DNA of 64,000 bases from Phoronis australis (taxonomy: Eukaryota > Animalia > Phoronida). The number at the start of each line of letters is the position of its first letter. Position 1 is the stretch's first letter. Below are positions 15,036 through 26,687 of the stretch, piece by piece. Both the position numbers and the translations under genes were made by a program. The notes below the pieces were generated by a model, which saw nothing but the letters and a program-made list of their open reading frames with translations, was not told the DNA's origin and did no database searches. Location of the stretch: the NCBI GenBank assembly GCA_002633005.1, contig NMRA01000209.1, forward strand, positions 486,174 through 550,173. Reading direction: 5' to 3'.

Positions 15036-16505
15036 GGACCCGGTGCCTAATGTCAAAGTCAAACTCGAACTCAGACTCGAACATTTCTAGGCGAAATCTT
15101 TATCAGTCGAGTCAAACTCGAAATCGCGTGCCAAATGTTCATTTTCGAGTGGACTCGAAATCGAGTTTACTCGAGAAATCGTACTCGAATTACTGAGGAA
15201 CTCTAATTCGTTGTGAAATAAATACAAAATTATAATTTTCTGGGTGATCGTCTGGTTTTGAGTGGAAACGTCACAAACACCAGCAACAAATGCAAGTATT
15301 TGAGTGATATTGCATCCAGTGAGTTCAATCTAGAAGCAGCAAAACCGTTGATTCCATTCATAATCCATGGTGCGTCAGTGTGGTATTGGTGAAAAGTTAT
15401 AATTTGAAAGCAGCTTAGGCTCACCTTACCTAAACAGGTTCGGATAGGAAACCTTGCTAGTATTTAGGCAAACGACAACCTTTTTGTTGCCAAATTACGG
15501 AAAAATATACGATTTTAAGCCCTAAAGCCAGTGTAGTTATTTTAACCAGCGTTTGGTTAGCATCCCACTTCTGCTCATAGCCTCGTTCTGAACTTCTTAA
15601 TTAACGAGCGTTGTTGTTGTCATGTATTCTATACTAGGCCTACATCAAAAGGTTTGAAAATACATTGTTGCTTCCGTCGACGGTTCTGCGTAATGCTACA
15701 TTGAACTACATGTACTTTTGTATAGAAAGACATCTTAATTGATAAAAATCAAAAACTTTCGTTTAATTGGACTTGGCTGAAACTAGAAGAACATTTTAAA
15801 ACCAATCCTTTATTGTGTTTAGAACACTACATCAATCGAACTGTCTGAAAATTTCATTTTAGCCCGATCATCCAGTAGTAAAATTATTATTTCCAAATAT
15901 AGCAAAATATGGATATTTTCGTGTGGTTCCTTACGCGTTAAAAGTTCACTTAGGAAAAACTGTGCTATGTAACCATGGTCTTAAATGCAACATGGACTCG
16001 TTCAAGTTGTAATCACGATATTCATTTTAATGCCGAAGACGTTAAGCGAATCGTCGTGTTTTTTTTACATAAGAAATAGTTGAATGAACAATTTATTGAA
16101 ATAGGTATCACGGATTGCAATTGTCTTTTAGCATGGAGACGTAAGAGCAACCAGCAATCAATCCATTGCTTCTGCCAAAAGATGTCTGTGGACAACAGAA
16201 GAAGAAAATGCTCTTATAGAGAACGTAAAGGCGTTGAAAACCACGTTGGTGATCACCGAGTTGTGGGTGGTGAAAATCATCAGCCAAAAAGGGCGGGATG
16301 GAAGATGGTGGCATACCTCATCAGTAGGTGAATATCCGTGCGCACAGTGCGAAATACACATAAGCGAATGTGATATTATGTAGTTTCAATGACAGTTAAT
16401 TTCAGTTTATCCAAAATTTGATTGACTGTATTCCTTCAATTTCAGCCATTCACTACCAAAAGGTCGAATGGCCAGTGTAAGAAAAACTTCAGAATTTAAA
16501 GCCAT
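15036..16505 (+). mobile_element. Harbinger remnant with Myb/SANT-like gene fragments
   Basis: CAG|GACCCGGTG terminus followed by ACTCGA arrays as in the 8504 element; 16187-16328 reads WTTEEENALIENVK...KRAGWKMVAYLIS, and 16446-16501 reads KRSNGQCKK-LQNLK (Myb/SANT pattern, frameshifted). Confidence 0.6.
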
Positions 16506-16673
16506 TTTGTAACAAGATAATTGTTGTTTGTTGATTGATTTCATTTTACGTTTAATAAGTTATATAAAACGTGAACGTCTACCTAAAAGTCGGAGTGTAA
16601 TTTTTTGTGTCTTATTCAACTTTATTTGGTATACATAATGTTAATGCATTTCATAAATTCGTAGTTATGTAGT

Positions 16674-17022
16674 ACAAGGAAGTAAAATCTGACAAGACCA
16701 AGAGCTAGGAAAGAAAAATCAAATCTCTCCTGAAAACTGTAGATGGCTCATTACCACGTGACACACTCAACAGAATCAACCCAAACAACACAAAAGCCCC
16801 ACATATGTATGGTAAACCTAAGATACACAAACCTGATATGCCAATGAGACCAATTATAAGCAACATTGGTTCTCCCTGACACCAACTAGCCAGATTCCTC
16901 AACAACAGCATATCCCCAGTAGTTGGAAAAACTGACTCCTACGTAAATGACTCGAAGCACTTCGTGTCAATGTTGCCATCAGTCAGCATTACACCAAATG
17001 ACACCATGGTGAGCTTTGATGC
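16674..17022 (+). mobile_element. Penelope-like retroelement reverse transcriptase fragment
   Basis: Translates APHMYGKPKIHKPDMPMRPIISNIGSP*HQLARFL...YVNDSKHF...MVSFDA, the characteristic PLE RT YGLPKIHK-PLRPI-VSFDV series, with in-frame stops. Confidence 0.9.
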
Positions 17023-18740
17023 ATGTTATAGAATGAGAAATAATGGATGGGAATTTTTTAAAAGCAAAAATTTTCTAAATTTCACGAAACCAAACTCATG
17101 CGCTAAGTCTCAAAAAATAAAATTCTGTGATTTTGAGTACAGAATCTTTCAATTGGTTTTTACGCGGAGTCACTCTTAATGTCATTTACCGGTCATCCTA
17201 GTTGACTCATCAATTTGAGACCTTTTGATCAGTTGTCCTACAGTCATGATTTTTTTCAAAAGCGGTGTTCAGTTTTAATAGTCCTTTAATCAGCAAAATA
17301 TAAAGGCTTGATGTCTAAACTTACTTTCCAAGTTACCTGTACATGCACATATAGTGTACATGTATGTATACACTTTATTATTCAAAGGCAGCGGGCTACG
17401 CATGGTATACTATACACTCACCGTTGGTGGAAAGTTCGCCCTCGTGAAAAAAATGTGAACGCCATACAGAGTAAATACGTAAACGCAGTTGTTCCCTGGG
17501 CTCTTCCACTGTAAATAGATGTAATATATAACAATACTTTTAAGTGTGATTTGGCTGATCGCAGCTTATTTTGCCTGATCTCTCAATAAATTTACTGTAA
17601 CACTTGCTACATCTTGCAAGCCGACGACACATATCACCCGTTTCCTCGACATTTCAGCTTACTCAACGTGGGAGTTGCACGGTAGGTAAAATGCATATCT
17701 CTGTTCAGTGTTCCTGAAAATGGCAGTAACAGTGAACAGTGCGAGCTTATACGTCTTTTATTCCAGGATCAGAAACACACGTTACTGAATTCAAGCATAG
17801 ATTTAACGAGCATGCAAAATGAAATCAACTTGACTAAATTGTTAGACTGCAAGTACATCAGCAGCGTTTTTCACCAAACACAGTACCATCGTGTTAATCT
17901 TTCGCACGTGCAAACCCAGGGTAACTACCCTAATGAACACGGGCAGTCATACACGTTGAAGTACATGTGTAAGTACCCTAATAGTTCGTGATCTTAGCAG
18001 TAAGAGAATAAGTACTGAGGTATGGCCATCTTTACAGTGGCAGAGTAAGTTAACTGATATGTAATACGCAGCGTGCGTTATATCTAAATTGTTATCACAC
18101 AATTTGAGTTTCTTTTTTCTAAGGGAGCGGCATTCCTCAGCTATAGCCCTTTTCGGCAAGTTCGCACTTCTGTAACACCTGTTTGTGTGTGACTCAGTCC
18201 GATCATATTCAACACATTTTAGTGAATATGCAAACAATTACAGTAACAACAACAACGAGATACCAGTAGCGTATCTCAAGATCGTTAGAGGCTGACACTC
18301 ATTCAGCTCATGTGTGCGTGCAACATGTATTTATTGTCTAGTTATTGCCATACCAAACTTGTGAAACTGAAATGGAAACCGTAGTGAACATGTACATGTA
18401 CTTGGTATGGTGTAGCGATTAAAGCTATTGAATTAGGTGCCTATTTTGAAGACGTTTTGTATGAAATAAAGACAAGTTCGCGTCTATTCCATATTACCTG
18501 AACGACAGGCGGTGGGAACTAGGGATATATGACATAAATGTTATACATTAGACGCAATGTGTCGTCAGCAAGACTTATTGAGAAACGTCCTGACGCACGC
18601 ATGTAATGCGGCGTACTCTGATCACGCTGCTCAGATGTTACGTTATTTTGCGTGAATTTAAAGACCATTGTAGTCAAATGGAATTGTTTGTTTGTTTTTA
18701 TTAATTTAACGCCATGTTGCAGTGAGACTACTGTACTTAC

Positions 18741-18854
18741 CGTCCCTTTGAATTTGATCACTGTACTTTGTCTGTAGTATCTTTCGATTCTTTTCTTAAA
18801 GGTTTTGTGTAGGACATCACTCCTGTAATTTTTGATCCTTTCACGCTTTCGCTT
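18741..18854 (-). CDS. Internal exon KRKRERIKNYRSDVLHKTFKKRIERYYRQSTVIKFKGT of unidentified gene
   Basis: Strong polypyrimidine acceptor TTCTTTCTCTATTTTCTAG, GTAAGT donor, 114 nt, open only in phase 0. Confidence 0.6.
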
Positions 18855-19365
18855 CTAGAAAATAGAGAAAGAATAAATTTGTAATTTGATTTTCACCTGA
18901 AAAGCAGCAAGTGTTCATGGGAACTGAATTTCTTTACAAGTATACTCAATATACCCGGTTTTGTGATTTCAACAAATCCTCACTGTGTCACCTGCATACA
19001 GTACATGTATGCATCATTGGCACCTCACTTGTGTGAAAAAAGCATATTTTAACCAAAAATTCATGCATGTACTTGTACTCTCTGTGTCATATGATGAGTA
19101 TTTTGGTTCTTGCAGTGTAATCATTTTAAAGCATGGCTTATGTTTGTCCGTTTAGCAAACTGTATAAGCAGTTTTAAAAGCCAGTCCACGAGAAAATCAA
19201 AAACCACTCTTGGGGTCACCGTTCCCATTCAGCTTGAACTGTGATACAAAAATCACAAACGTTGCATTTATTAACTCTTAAGAATGACAGCATGGAAGAA
19301 TAAGGTAAAATACAGCAGCGTTGGGACATGGATAGCCACGTACTTTGAAATTGGTGTCTTATTAC

Positions 19366-19424
19366 TATTTCTTGAGTTGATCTATTTCTCCCTCTCCAAA
19401 AAAACTTGTTCCACCTGGACATTC
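19366..19424 (-). CDS. Candidate exon MSRWNKFFWRGRNRSTQEI
   Basis: TTTCTGTTTTTATAAG acceptor, weak GTAATA donor; ends in phase 0, compatible with the 18854 exon. Confidence 0.4.
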
Positions 19425-19639
19425 CTTATAAAAACAGAAACAAGTCGTCCAGAACATATTTAAAAAGTCTGCTCAAACGAAAGCATCCCTAGGTTACTAA
19501 CGCTATAAACCTTGGGGCTCTTCCACGATTTTGGATAATTTAGGTAATTGAAGGTTTTCCAGTAAGATGAAATAAAAAGTCAGATTTTACTTGTTGTATC
19601 ACAATAATGTGACGTCCTTGCCCCACTATACTTTAAAAC

Positions 19640-22600
19640 AGTAGTCTCTGGGTGACCAACTGACTGGTGTTGTTAAAATTCAGATATGATCAGCATTTGA
19701 CATTAAATTTAGCATGGCGGCTAAACTTCAAGAACAAAAAATCGCTGATAAAATTTGTATTTAACATCTTATCCCTTTTAATCAAAGTATGATTAGATGG
19801 GACTGACTTCTGATTCAATCATCTAAAATCATTAAGATGTGACTGAATACTGACTGAATTATTTTTAAATACAAATACTGCATTGATATGTGTATTTACG
19901 GTGTCAAATATTTTATCGAAACTGTTGTCTTGACATCATAGTCACATTTATGACCAAGTGTATATTGATTTGCCACCGGTTTCAATTAAAAAAGTTCACA
20001 CAAGGGAACTAGAGGCCCAGGGCAAAATACATCAGTCTAAAGTTGCTCAGAGGCGTGACGTGGATCACAGCCTCGCACAGGCGGCTTGTTTCATGGCAGC
20101 AAGATGACAGAGGAGCAGCTAGCATTGTGGAAAATGTGGGCCCCATAGCTTTCATAGGTGAGAATCGCCCTGCAGGACTAATCATCCCACATACACAAAA
20201 AGCGAACAACACAGAGAAGCATGTGATGCCAGAATTGAAAGAGATGCATGCCTCCTTGTGAAGATGAGATTGACTGCATTTTCACCCTTCTCCAGAGGAC
20301 CTACACTACGAAATGCCATCAATGTGTTTTGTCGCCTACAAAGACGTCAAATTGCATGAATTTCATGTTTTCCCCGTGTGTGAGCGGGCGTCGGTTATTA
20401 CCGACAGGTGCTAAGAACTTTCGGTTGGACATTAGACTGAAGACGGGTTCGAGTTAAGCACTTTATTAATCTCAACCTTCCGAAGAAATGTTTTACGTTC
20501 CAGCCAGTGGTGCGAAGCGTTGACTTGTGCAACTTATGCAACACTTTCAGCAGCTCCACTGTAACTCTCCAGAAACTATTTTTGATCCAACTTGTTCTTC
20601 TAGCTATTGTTGGTGGTATCCCGGTTGTGTAACTTGTACCTTGAGGAGCCTTGAGGAAACGGTGAGCTTTGAGATCAGTCCATGCCAACCGTCCCTCTCT
20701 GAAGACAACTTGGTCTTGAAGAAGGGTGACAACCCTCAACTGTCTCAAGCTGTGTATGACTCCTGTTTCAAAGCCCATACACTTGTAGGAGCTGCAGATT
20801 CTACACCTTCAGCACACCTCTAAACTGAAAGGAATGTACTTGACGTGGAGCCTTGTTGCACAATCTCAAATGGAAGGAAGACGATATGTACGGAGAGTTT
20901 GTCCGAGCATATGCTGACTTCAAGCAAATCACTTTGAGACAGCCAATGTTGCCTTTGATGGGTATGTGGCAGACTCTTCGATAAAGTGTAACACGTAGCA
21001 GAGACAGAGAGCGACCAGCATCAATCCGACTGTGAACTTCATTGGAGAAAACAAATTTCATGGAGGGAGAGACAAATTCCAATCCATCGGCAGTAACAAG
21101 CAACAACTCATTGCCTTAATGAGTGATCAGCTTCAGAAAGTGGGATGCACAGTCGTTCAGGCTGAAGAGGCGCTGATGTGAACATTAAAAGGACAGTATT
21201 AAACAGTACAGTTGTGTAGTTGACCAAAGTAATCGGCGAGGACACTGACCTGTCGATGCATCTGTTCCATTACTATATGGCTGACGAGAAACCAATTATG
21301 TTTCAAATCAGACAGTTAGTCAAGAATCAATCTGAAACTATACGACTAAAGTTAAATGAAATGTGTGCTCGGTACAAGTTGTGAGCCCAGCTACTATTCC
21401 AGCATTCCTTCATAAAATGCGACCCAACGGCTTGTTGTTTATGGCGTTGGGAATAATCAGTCTTTCAGAAACTCGCGAAAGACGACCACGTCCCGCTGAG
21501 AGAGAAAAACTTGGCAGCCAAGTAATTGTTGCATGTTTGGTCGGGACAGCATATGTTCTCTGGTAACAATGCGTTACTGCCGAAATCACCAAGAAGGTTG
21601 CTGCTGCTAAGTCTTTGTTTTCTCCCGACAGTGTTCCAGCAGCTGAACCAGTCATAAGTTTTCATAGTCTCTGAGTGTACTACCAGGTCATGATATTAAC
21701 AGAAATTAAAAATCTTCAGCAACAAATCTTGAAAATGCCTGGTGATCTTGTTGAATCCTGTTTCCGTGGCGGATTTACACTTTCAATGTAGCAATTTAAT
21801 CAGTTTATCGCGTTCCAAACCTTTTCAAATAAAGAAAAGGGTTTATATTTTGAAGTCATTGACCCATAATATAACTGTGCAGCCTCGGTACACATTCTGC
21901 GACAGCGCATTCCAAACCCTCTAGTTGATTAGATTGCAGTCAGGAATTTGTGTAAAACATGTTGTAATCAACCCAAAAAAACTCTTTCAGCACCTGAAAA
22001 CACCATCTTTACTTCAAAAATGTAGCACCCAACCTGTAAAATATTTCTGTGACACAACACTTAAAAACATACTTCTGAGTAACTTGATTGCAAAGAGTCA
22101 CCATCTTTGATAATAACACAAAGTAATAGGTACGCTAATTTGGCATTTGTTTTTTGAGTCACAAAAGTATATTTGGAGCCCTGAAACGAAATCACAGTGT
22201 ATCATTACAATTATTTATCTGACAAATACATTGATATGCACAAGTTTTGTGCAATATCAATGAACGTTTTTCAAAAAATAGCGGTTAAAGCTCAAAACTT
22301 TTGTTTTGGAAACCCGATTAAATGATAATGATTTTCAGTTCTTGAATTTTAGCTGCCATCAAACTGTACATAATTTTTAACGACACCAATGAGTCTCTCA
22401 CCTCATTAGAATAGAACCAAAAAGTATGTCTCTATCACAATTATTGGAAAAATTATACCGGGTATCTGTTTTTAAGGATCTCGAAATTTATGGTGGCCAT
22501 CTTGGAAATGATGCAGTTTTAATCCATCCCATTTCTGGTTGTCAGAGTTTCGTCAGAATTTTTTCCTGTTGATGGATATGCACAATAGGGTATAACACCA

Positions 22601-22646
22601 CTGTAAAACCTTTTGTTATTGGTCAGGTGTTATGCTGACTGGATTA
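19640..22646 (+). mobile_element. Academ-type (XPG/PIN-like nuclease-containing) DNA transposon remnant
   Basis: Degenerate motifs in order: FEISPCQPSLSED...KKGD, SNKQQLIALMSDQLQKVGCTVVQAE-ADV, VIGEDTDL, LLFQHSFIKCD, FHSL*VYYQV; right end ...TGACTGGATTA resembles Academ TAGTCCAGTC termini; left boundary approximate. Confidence 0.7.
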
Positions 22647-23617
22647 TGAAGTATGAAGCTCATTCAAAGCCTCCTTTTCCTTAGTTTTATAATGTTTATT
22701 ATCATTGTTATAACGCTTCTCAGTCGCCTTGGCAACACTATAGGCATGTCAAAGCGAACCCGATTTTGGCAGACACTAAAACGACTTTCCCTTACGGTTT
22801 TCTTGAACAACACTTGATAACCCTCAAAAGATTGAAGGAAATTTGGAAGCACCTTTAAAAGTCTGCTTACCGGGCAAGCGTGACCTACATGTACATTTAT
22901 AGCGAATTACACGACAAATGCGAGAACAGATCACTCACTTAAGTTATTATTGTCCAATTTGTGAGATATGGTGCGACTTTTTAATTCATCCCTGATTTTG
23001 GCAACAAAACGAGGATTGGATAAAATCATCAATATATGGTTCACTATCTTTTAATGTGACTTTGGCTCTGCCTGAATTACTAAATTTTCTAAAGTAGGTT
23101 TCAAGTTACTTATCGTGGTGAAATGATCAGTTTGTGTTACGCATTAATTACTACTCAGATCAATTCAGATTTACTTTGATAGATGAAACCCTTGGTTAAC
23201 TTAGAAATTTAAAGCTGTGCAACGGGGACGTCATTTTTATCGCTTATGCGAGTGTGACCCTCGAGTGACCAAAATTAGTTTTTTGATGGAATCAACTCAA
23301 CAATTAGCATTCTGTAGATCCGACATATTGAAATGAGGAGGTTCGCTGGTCTCTCCAATAGTTAGCATCTGACAGGGTGCACACATAGTTTTCTTAATAC
23401 TAAACTCATTGGAGGTGCAGAATAGACTAGAATCATCTTAAAACATGTTTGTGCTATCGTCCCCTGCAGAGAAACATTTTGATCGAATTTCATGAAATTT
23501 GACAGCAAAAATGTAGTCATACAAACATTTGCAAAAGTCTCTGAAGTACCTTCATGAGGTCCATGAAATACCCTGTAGTCAAGGACTTTAAAATAGGTGG
23601 ATTATGTCATTTCTATT

Positions 23618-23785
23618 CAGTGGCGGATTTAGACCGGGGGTCAAAGGGACAATGGCTCCCACTTAAAACTCTCCCAGATTCCATTTGGCAGTTTGGGAGT
23701 GCGAATGTCTGGCGGGCAACATCCTACCTAATACTCTGCCCTAACACCCCCCCTCCCTCAACTCAAAATCTTGGATACGCCCTTG
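23618..23785. mobile_element. hAT-like MITE with 5-bp TSD
   Basis: CAGTGGCGGATTTAG...TGGATACGCCCTTG flanked by CTATT/CTATT; homologous to 37400-37570 and 54463-54608. Confidence 0.85.
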
Positions 23786-24608
23786 CTATTGGCTGTTGTT
23801 TGGAAACAAACCAAAACGCCCATTTTTAATGTGACAATAAACTGGTGGAAATATTTTTTGAAATCACCAGCACCTCGCAAATTTAAACCCGGAGTTCTGT
23901 AATGCATGCAATAATGGTCCACTGTATAAAACTAAACAATATCTTACATAAAAAGAAAATCATATTCAATTTCTAAGTTACCCAATGTCGTAAAACAACG
24001 GCCTTTTGGCCTTTTGGAAAATTGCAACGAATCCCCTAAAGGGAAATTATCAAAAGAAAACTTTCTTCACAAATCAGATGCAATGTGGATTTGAACTTGT
24101 AATTTGTGGGTCCCCACCAAATGTAGAATTCTAGCCCTGGAATGCCAACTTCGATCTCGCGCTGCTGAGGTAACGCCACGGATGAAGCATTGCTTGCGTC
24201 AGTTTGTTCCGGTGTTGGTCATATCTACGGGGTCTATTGTAATTTAATTCATAAATAATCATCATTTCGCACACCTCACCGGCATAAATTCCTTAATTCT
24301 AAAAACCAAGAGTGTTACCAAAGTGCGAAAAACAATAGGGTGTTATAGTAACAGTTTAAGGGGAAATAATTTCATTGACTCAAGAACGGTTTCTAACCCA
24401 TCAAGACAAATATCTTAGGATATGCACCTCACAGTTTGTGTGAAGAATTTACCCAGGCATTCATCCAAAATCACACGTCTTTATGTATTAATTGGACTTT
24501 TGGCGCCTTTTGATACGATTCTTCAGGAAAAACGCAGGATGCAGTAACATTTCCAAAAATGTTTTAACTGTTACTGCAAGACAGCGTGGATCAGTGGTTT
24601 GAGTTCTG

Positions 24609-24696
24609 AGGCCAGTTCCAAGAAAACTGTCTTAGCTAAGACAAATCTTAAACTTAAGTCAAGAATGAAGTTAAGTCAGTTTCTTGGAACGTTCCT
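24609..24696. mobile_element. 88-bp palindromic Harbinger-type MITE, possibly inserted in a tRNA-derived SINE head
   Basis: AGGCCAGTTCCAAGAAAACTG...CAGTTTCTTGGAACGTTCCT with CTG/CTG duplication; A-box-like GTGGATCAGTGG just upstream. Confidence 0.65.
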
Positions 24697-25762
24697 CTGG
24701 ACTCCAAGTTTCTAATCCAGGCTTTAGTGCCAGACAACCCGATATTGACAAAAAGTGTCTCCCTATTCCTCTGAGCTCAGTCTTACTAGTGAGTGAGTGG
24801 ATCTATGTAAGGTAATGAATGAGAACCACTTCGGAGTACTAGTCTTCGATTGTGATATGAGAAGAAGAAAAACTTAAAATCAGATATTTGCAGATAAAAG
24901 CTTGTTCAAATAATAATTGGTAATCATCGACAGGCAATGTGAATGACCGAAGACAAGAGACATTGGAACACGTTTTTCATGATTATCGCTAATCAAAGTG
25001 GACTCTGGAAACTAACAATAAATGTACTCAAGACAAAGGGACAGTAAGCACCAAGGATTTGTATCAAAGCCAAAAGCACAAGGGTGAAATGTTCGCAGCA
25101 ACACACACGTATAGGTAATCGTCCCTTTATCAATTTTTAGAACGGGAACGTTACATTCAAAAGCACCCGACGGCTTTAAACTGGCTAATTACGTGTGCCT
25201 GACAAAAACCAGTGAAATGTCCCGTTAAACTGAAATAGTGCTATGTTGCGTGGGAAATTACGGTAGTATGTCAGTGTCGCTGTGTGTCAAAAAGCGTTAC
25301 ATTTTGATGATGCGTACATAACGTAAGGATGGCAGGGAAAAATTAAAAAACTGGGATGGTCTGCCAAGGTCAAGACAATTGACGCCTAAATACTACAAAA
25401 AACCTCCATTTCCAGAAATCGAATGAACAAAAAGTAACTCGTTAACAGGTAGACATTACACAACTAAAAGTAATAACAATTGAAAACAGTCATAATTGAT
25501 GCAAATAGATACACACACCCTGGGATACGCAAATACAAGTAGCTGTATTTTTTTGAAAATCACACCTGCTAGTAGTGTCAAATCTTTCTTATTTTTAAGT
25601 TACTGCCGAACAAGCACTCAAATATCAAATGCCACGAAATTCTCAGCGCTAGCTCTTGCGGCTACTGTAGCTGTAATAATACATTGGTTGTGTGCAGATG
25701 TTGGTATTCCAGGACTGGAGTTACATACTTTAAGCTCTTGTGGAACGTGAGAACTATTAACA

Positions 25763-26107
25763 CATAGGCGGATTTAGGGTAGCCCAGGGCCCCCTCCCCC
25801 TTGGCTGCCGCAAAAAAATAAAAGACCAAGAGCGTGAGAAAATATTGAGTTCATTAAGTATGCCCGGTTATTAACATGCGGCTGAGGGTGGGGCGTGGTC
25901 TCAAACCCAATTGCAAGTGTAGTGGCAGCGAACCTGCACAATTGTTCTCCTTCTTGTTTATTTTTAGTCCTCCCTTTGTATTTTAGTAAGAGGGCCAGAA
26001 ATTCGAGCAATCTTACCTTTCAGGCGTGCAATCGTGCATTCCGCAGTTGCCCGACAGAAAGTGTTAGCCCACTCCCCCCCCCTTATAATATCCTACATCC
26101 GCCACTG
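25763..26107. mobile_element. hAT-like MITE with 5-bp TSD
   Basis: CATAGGCGGATTTAGG...CCTACATCCGCCACTG flanked by TAACA/TAACA. Confidence 0.85.
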
Positions 26108-26562
26108 TAACAGTACATTTTAAACCAATTGCAGCGAACGTGGTTCTTGGGGAAGCCAATCTGGGAGTTATTGATTCACAATGTTTGAAGTACAGACGAA
26201 ATAAAAACTTTCAACTCTGAGAGGTCGTATTGGCTGCTACTTAAAAGCGATTTTGTTTGATCTACATCAAGTTTCGTTAAAGACACGACTAGTCTGTTTG
26301 CGAGCTTGATGCTGGTACGTTCGAAATTTCGTAACAGTCTCCTTTCTTCTGGTGTGCAGGTAATATGAAGTAAAAAAGCGAGCGGTATTGCTGACATCGG
26401 CGATAACTGGCGAGTTGTAATAAAACGATAAAGATATAACTAAATTTTATACTTTTCTTTCCTTGGTCAAAGCCAATAACTTCAAGAAACTTTTTATCCA
26501 CACTCAGTACAATCATAAAACTAGTGGTAAAACGATAAAGTTCTTTTAAGTCGTTCACTTAC

Positions 26563-26687
26563 CCTTTTCTCAGTGAGGTAGAGACTGGTCCTGGACTGTT
26601 TGCTATCTTCTCTGTCTAATTTTTTTGATGTGCTCGGTGCCGAATCTTTGTCATCGTCCGGAACATCAAGGGGATGTACTCTGTTGT
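26563..26687 (-). CDS. Second coding exon of unidentified gene (D-NRVHPLDVPDDDKDSAPSTSKKLDREDSKQSRTSLYLTEKR)
   Basis: TTTTGATTTTAG acceptor, AGG|GTAAGT donor; phase 1 start matches the phase 1 end of the 32423-32564 exon. Confidence 0.7.

Larger units (their letters stand above)
8101..18854 (-). pseudogene. Downstream exon series of an unidentified multi-exon gene, partly disrupted
   Basis: AG...GT-bounded segments, all on the minus strand: 18741-18854, 18498-18518, 17663-17713, 17422-17508, 12370-12441, 11839-11961, 11725-~11788 (acceptor not seen), 11210-11347, 8260-8339, terminal ~8101-8193 with AATAAA; several contain stops or frameshifts. Confidence 0.5.
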
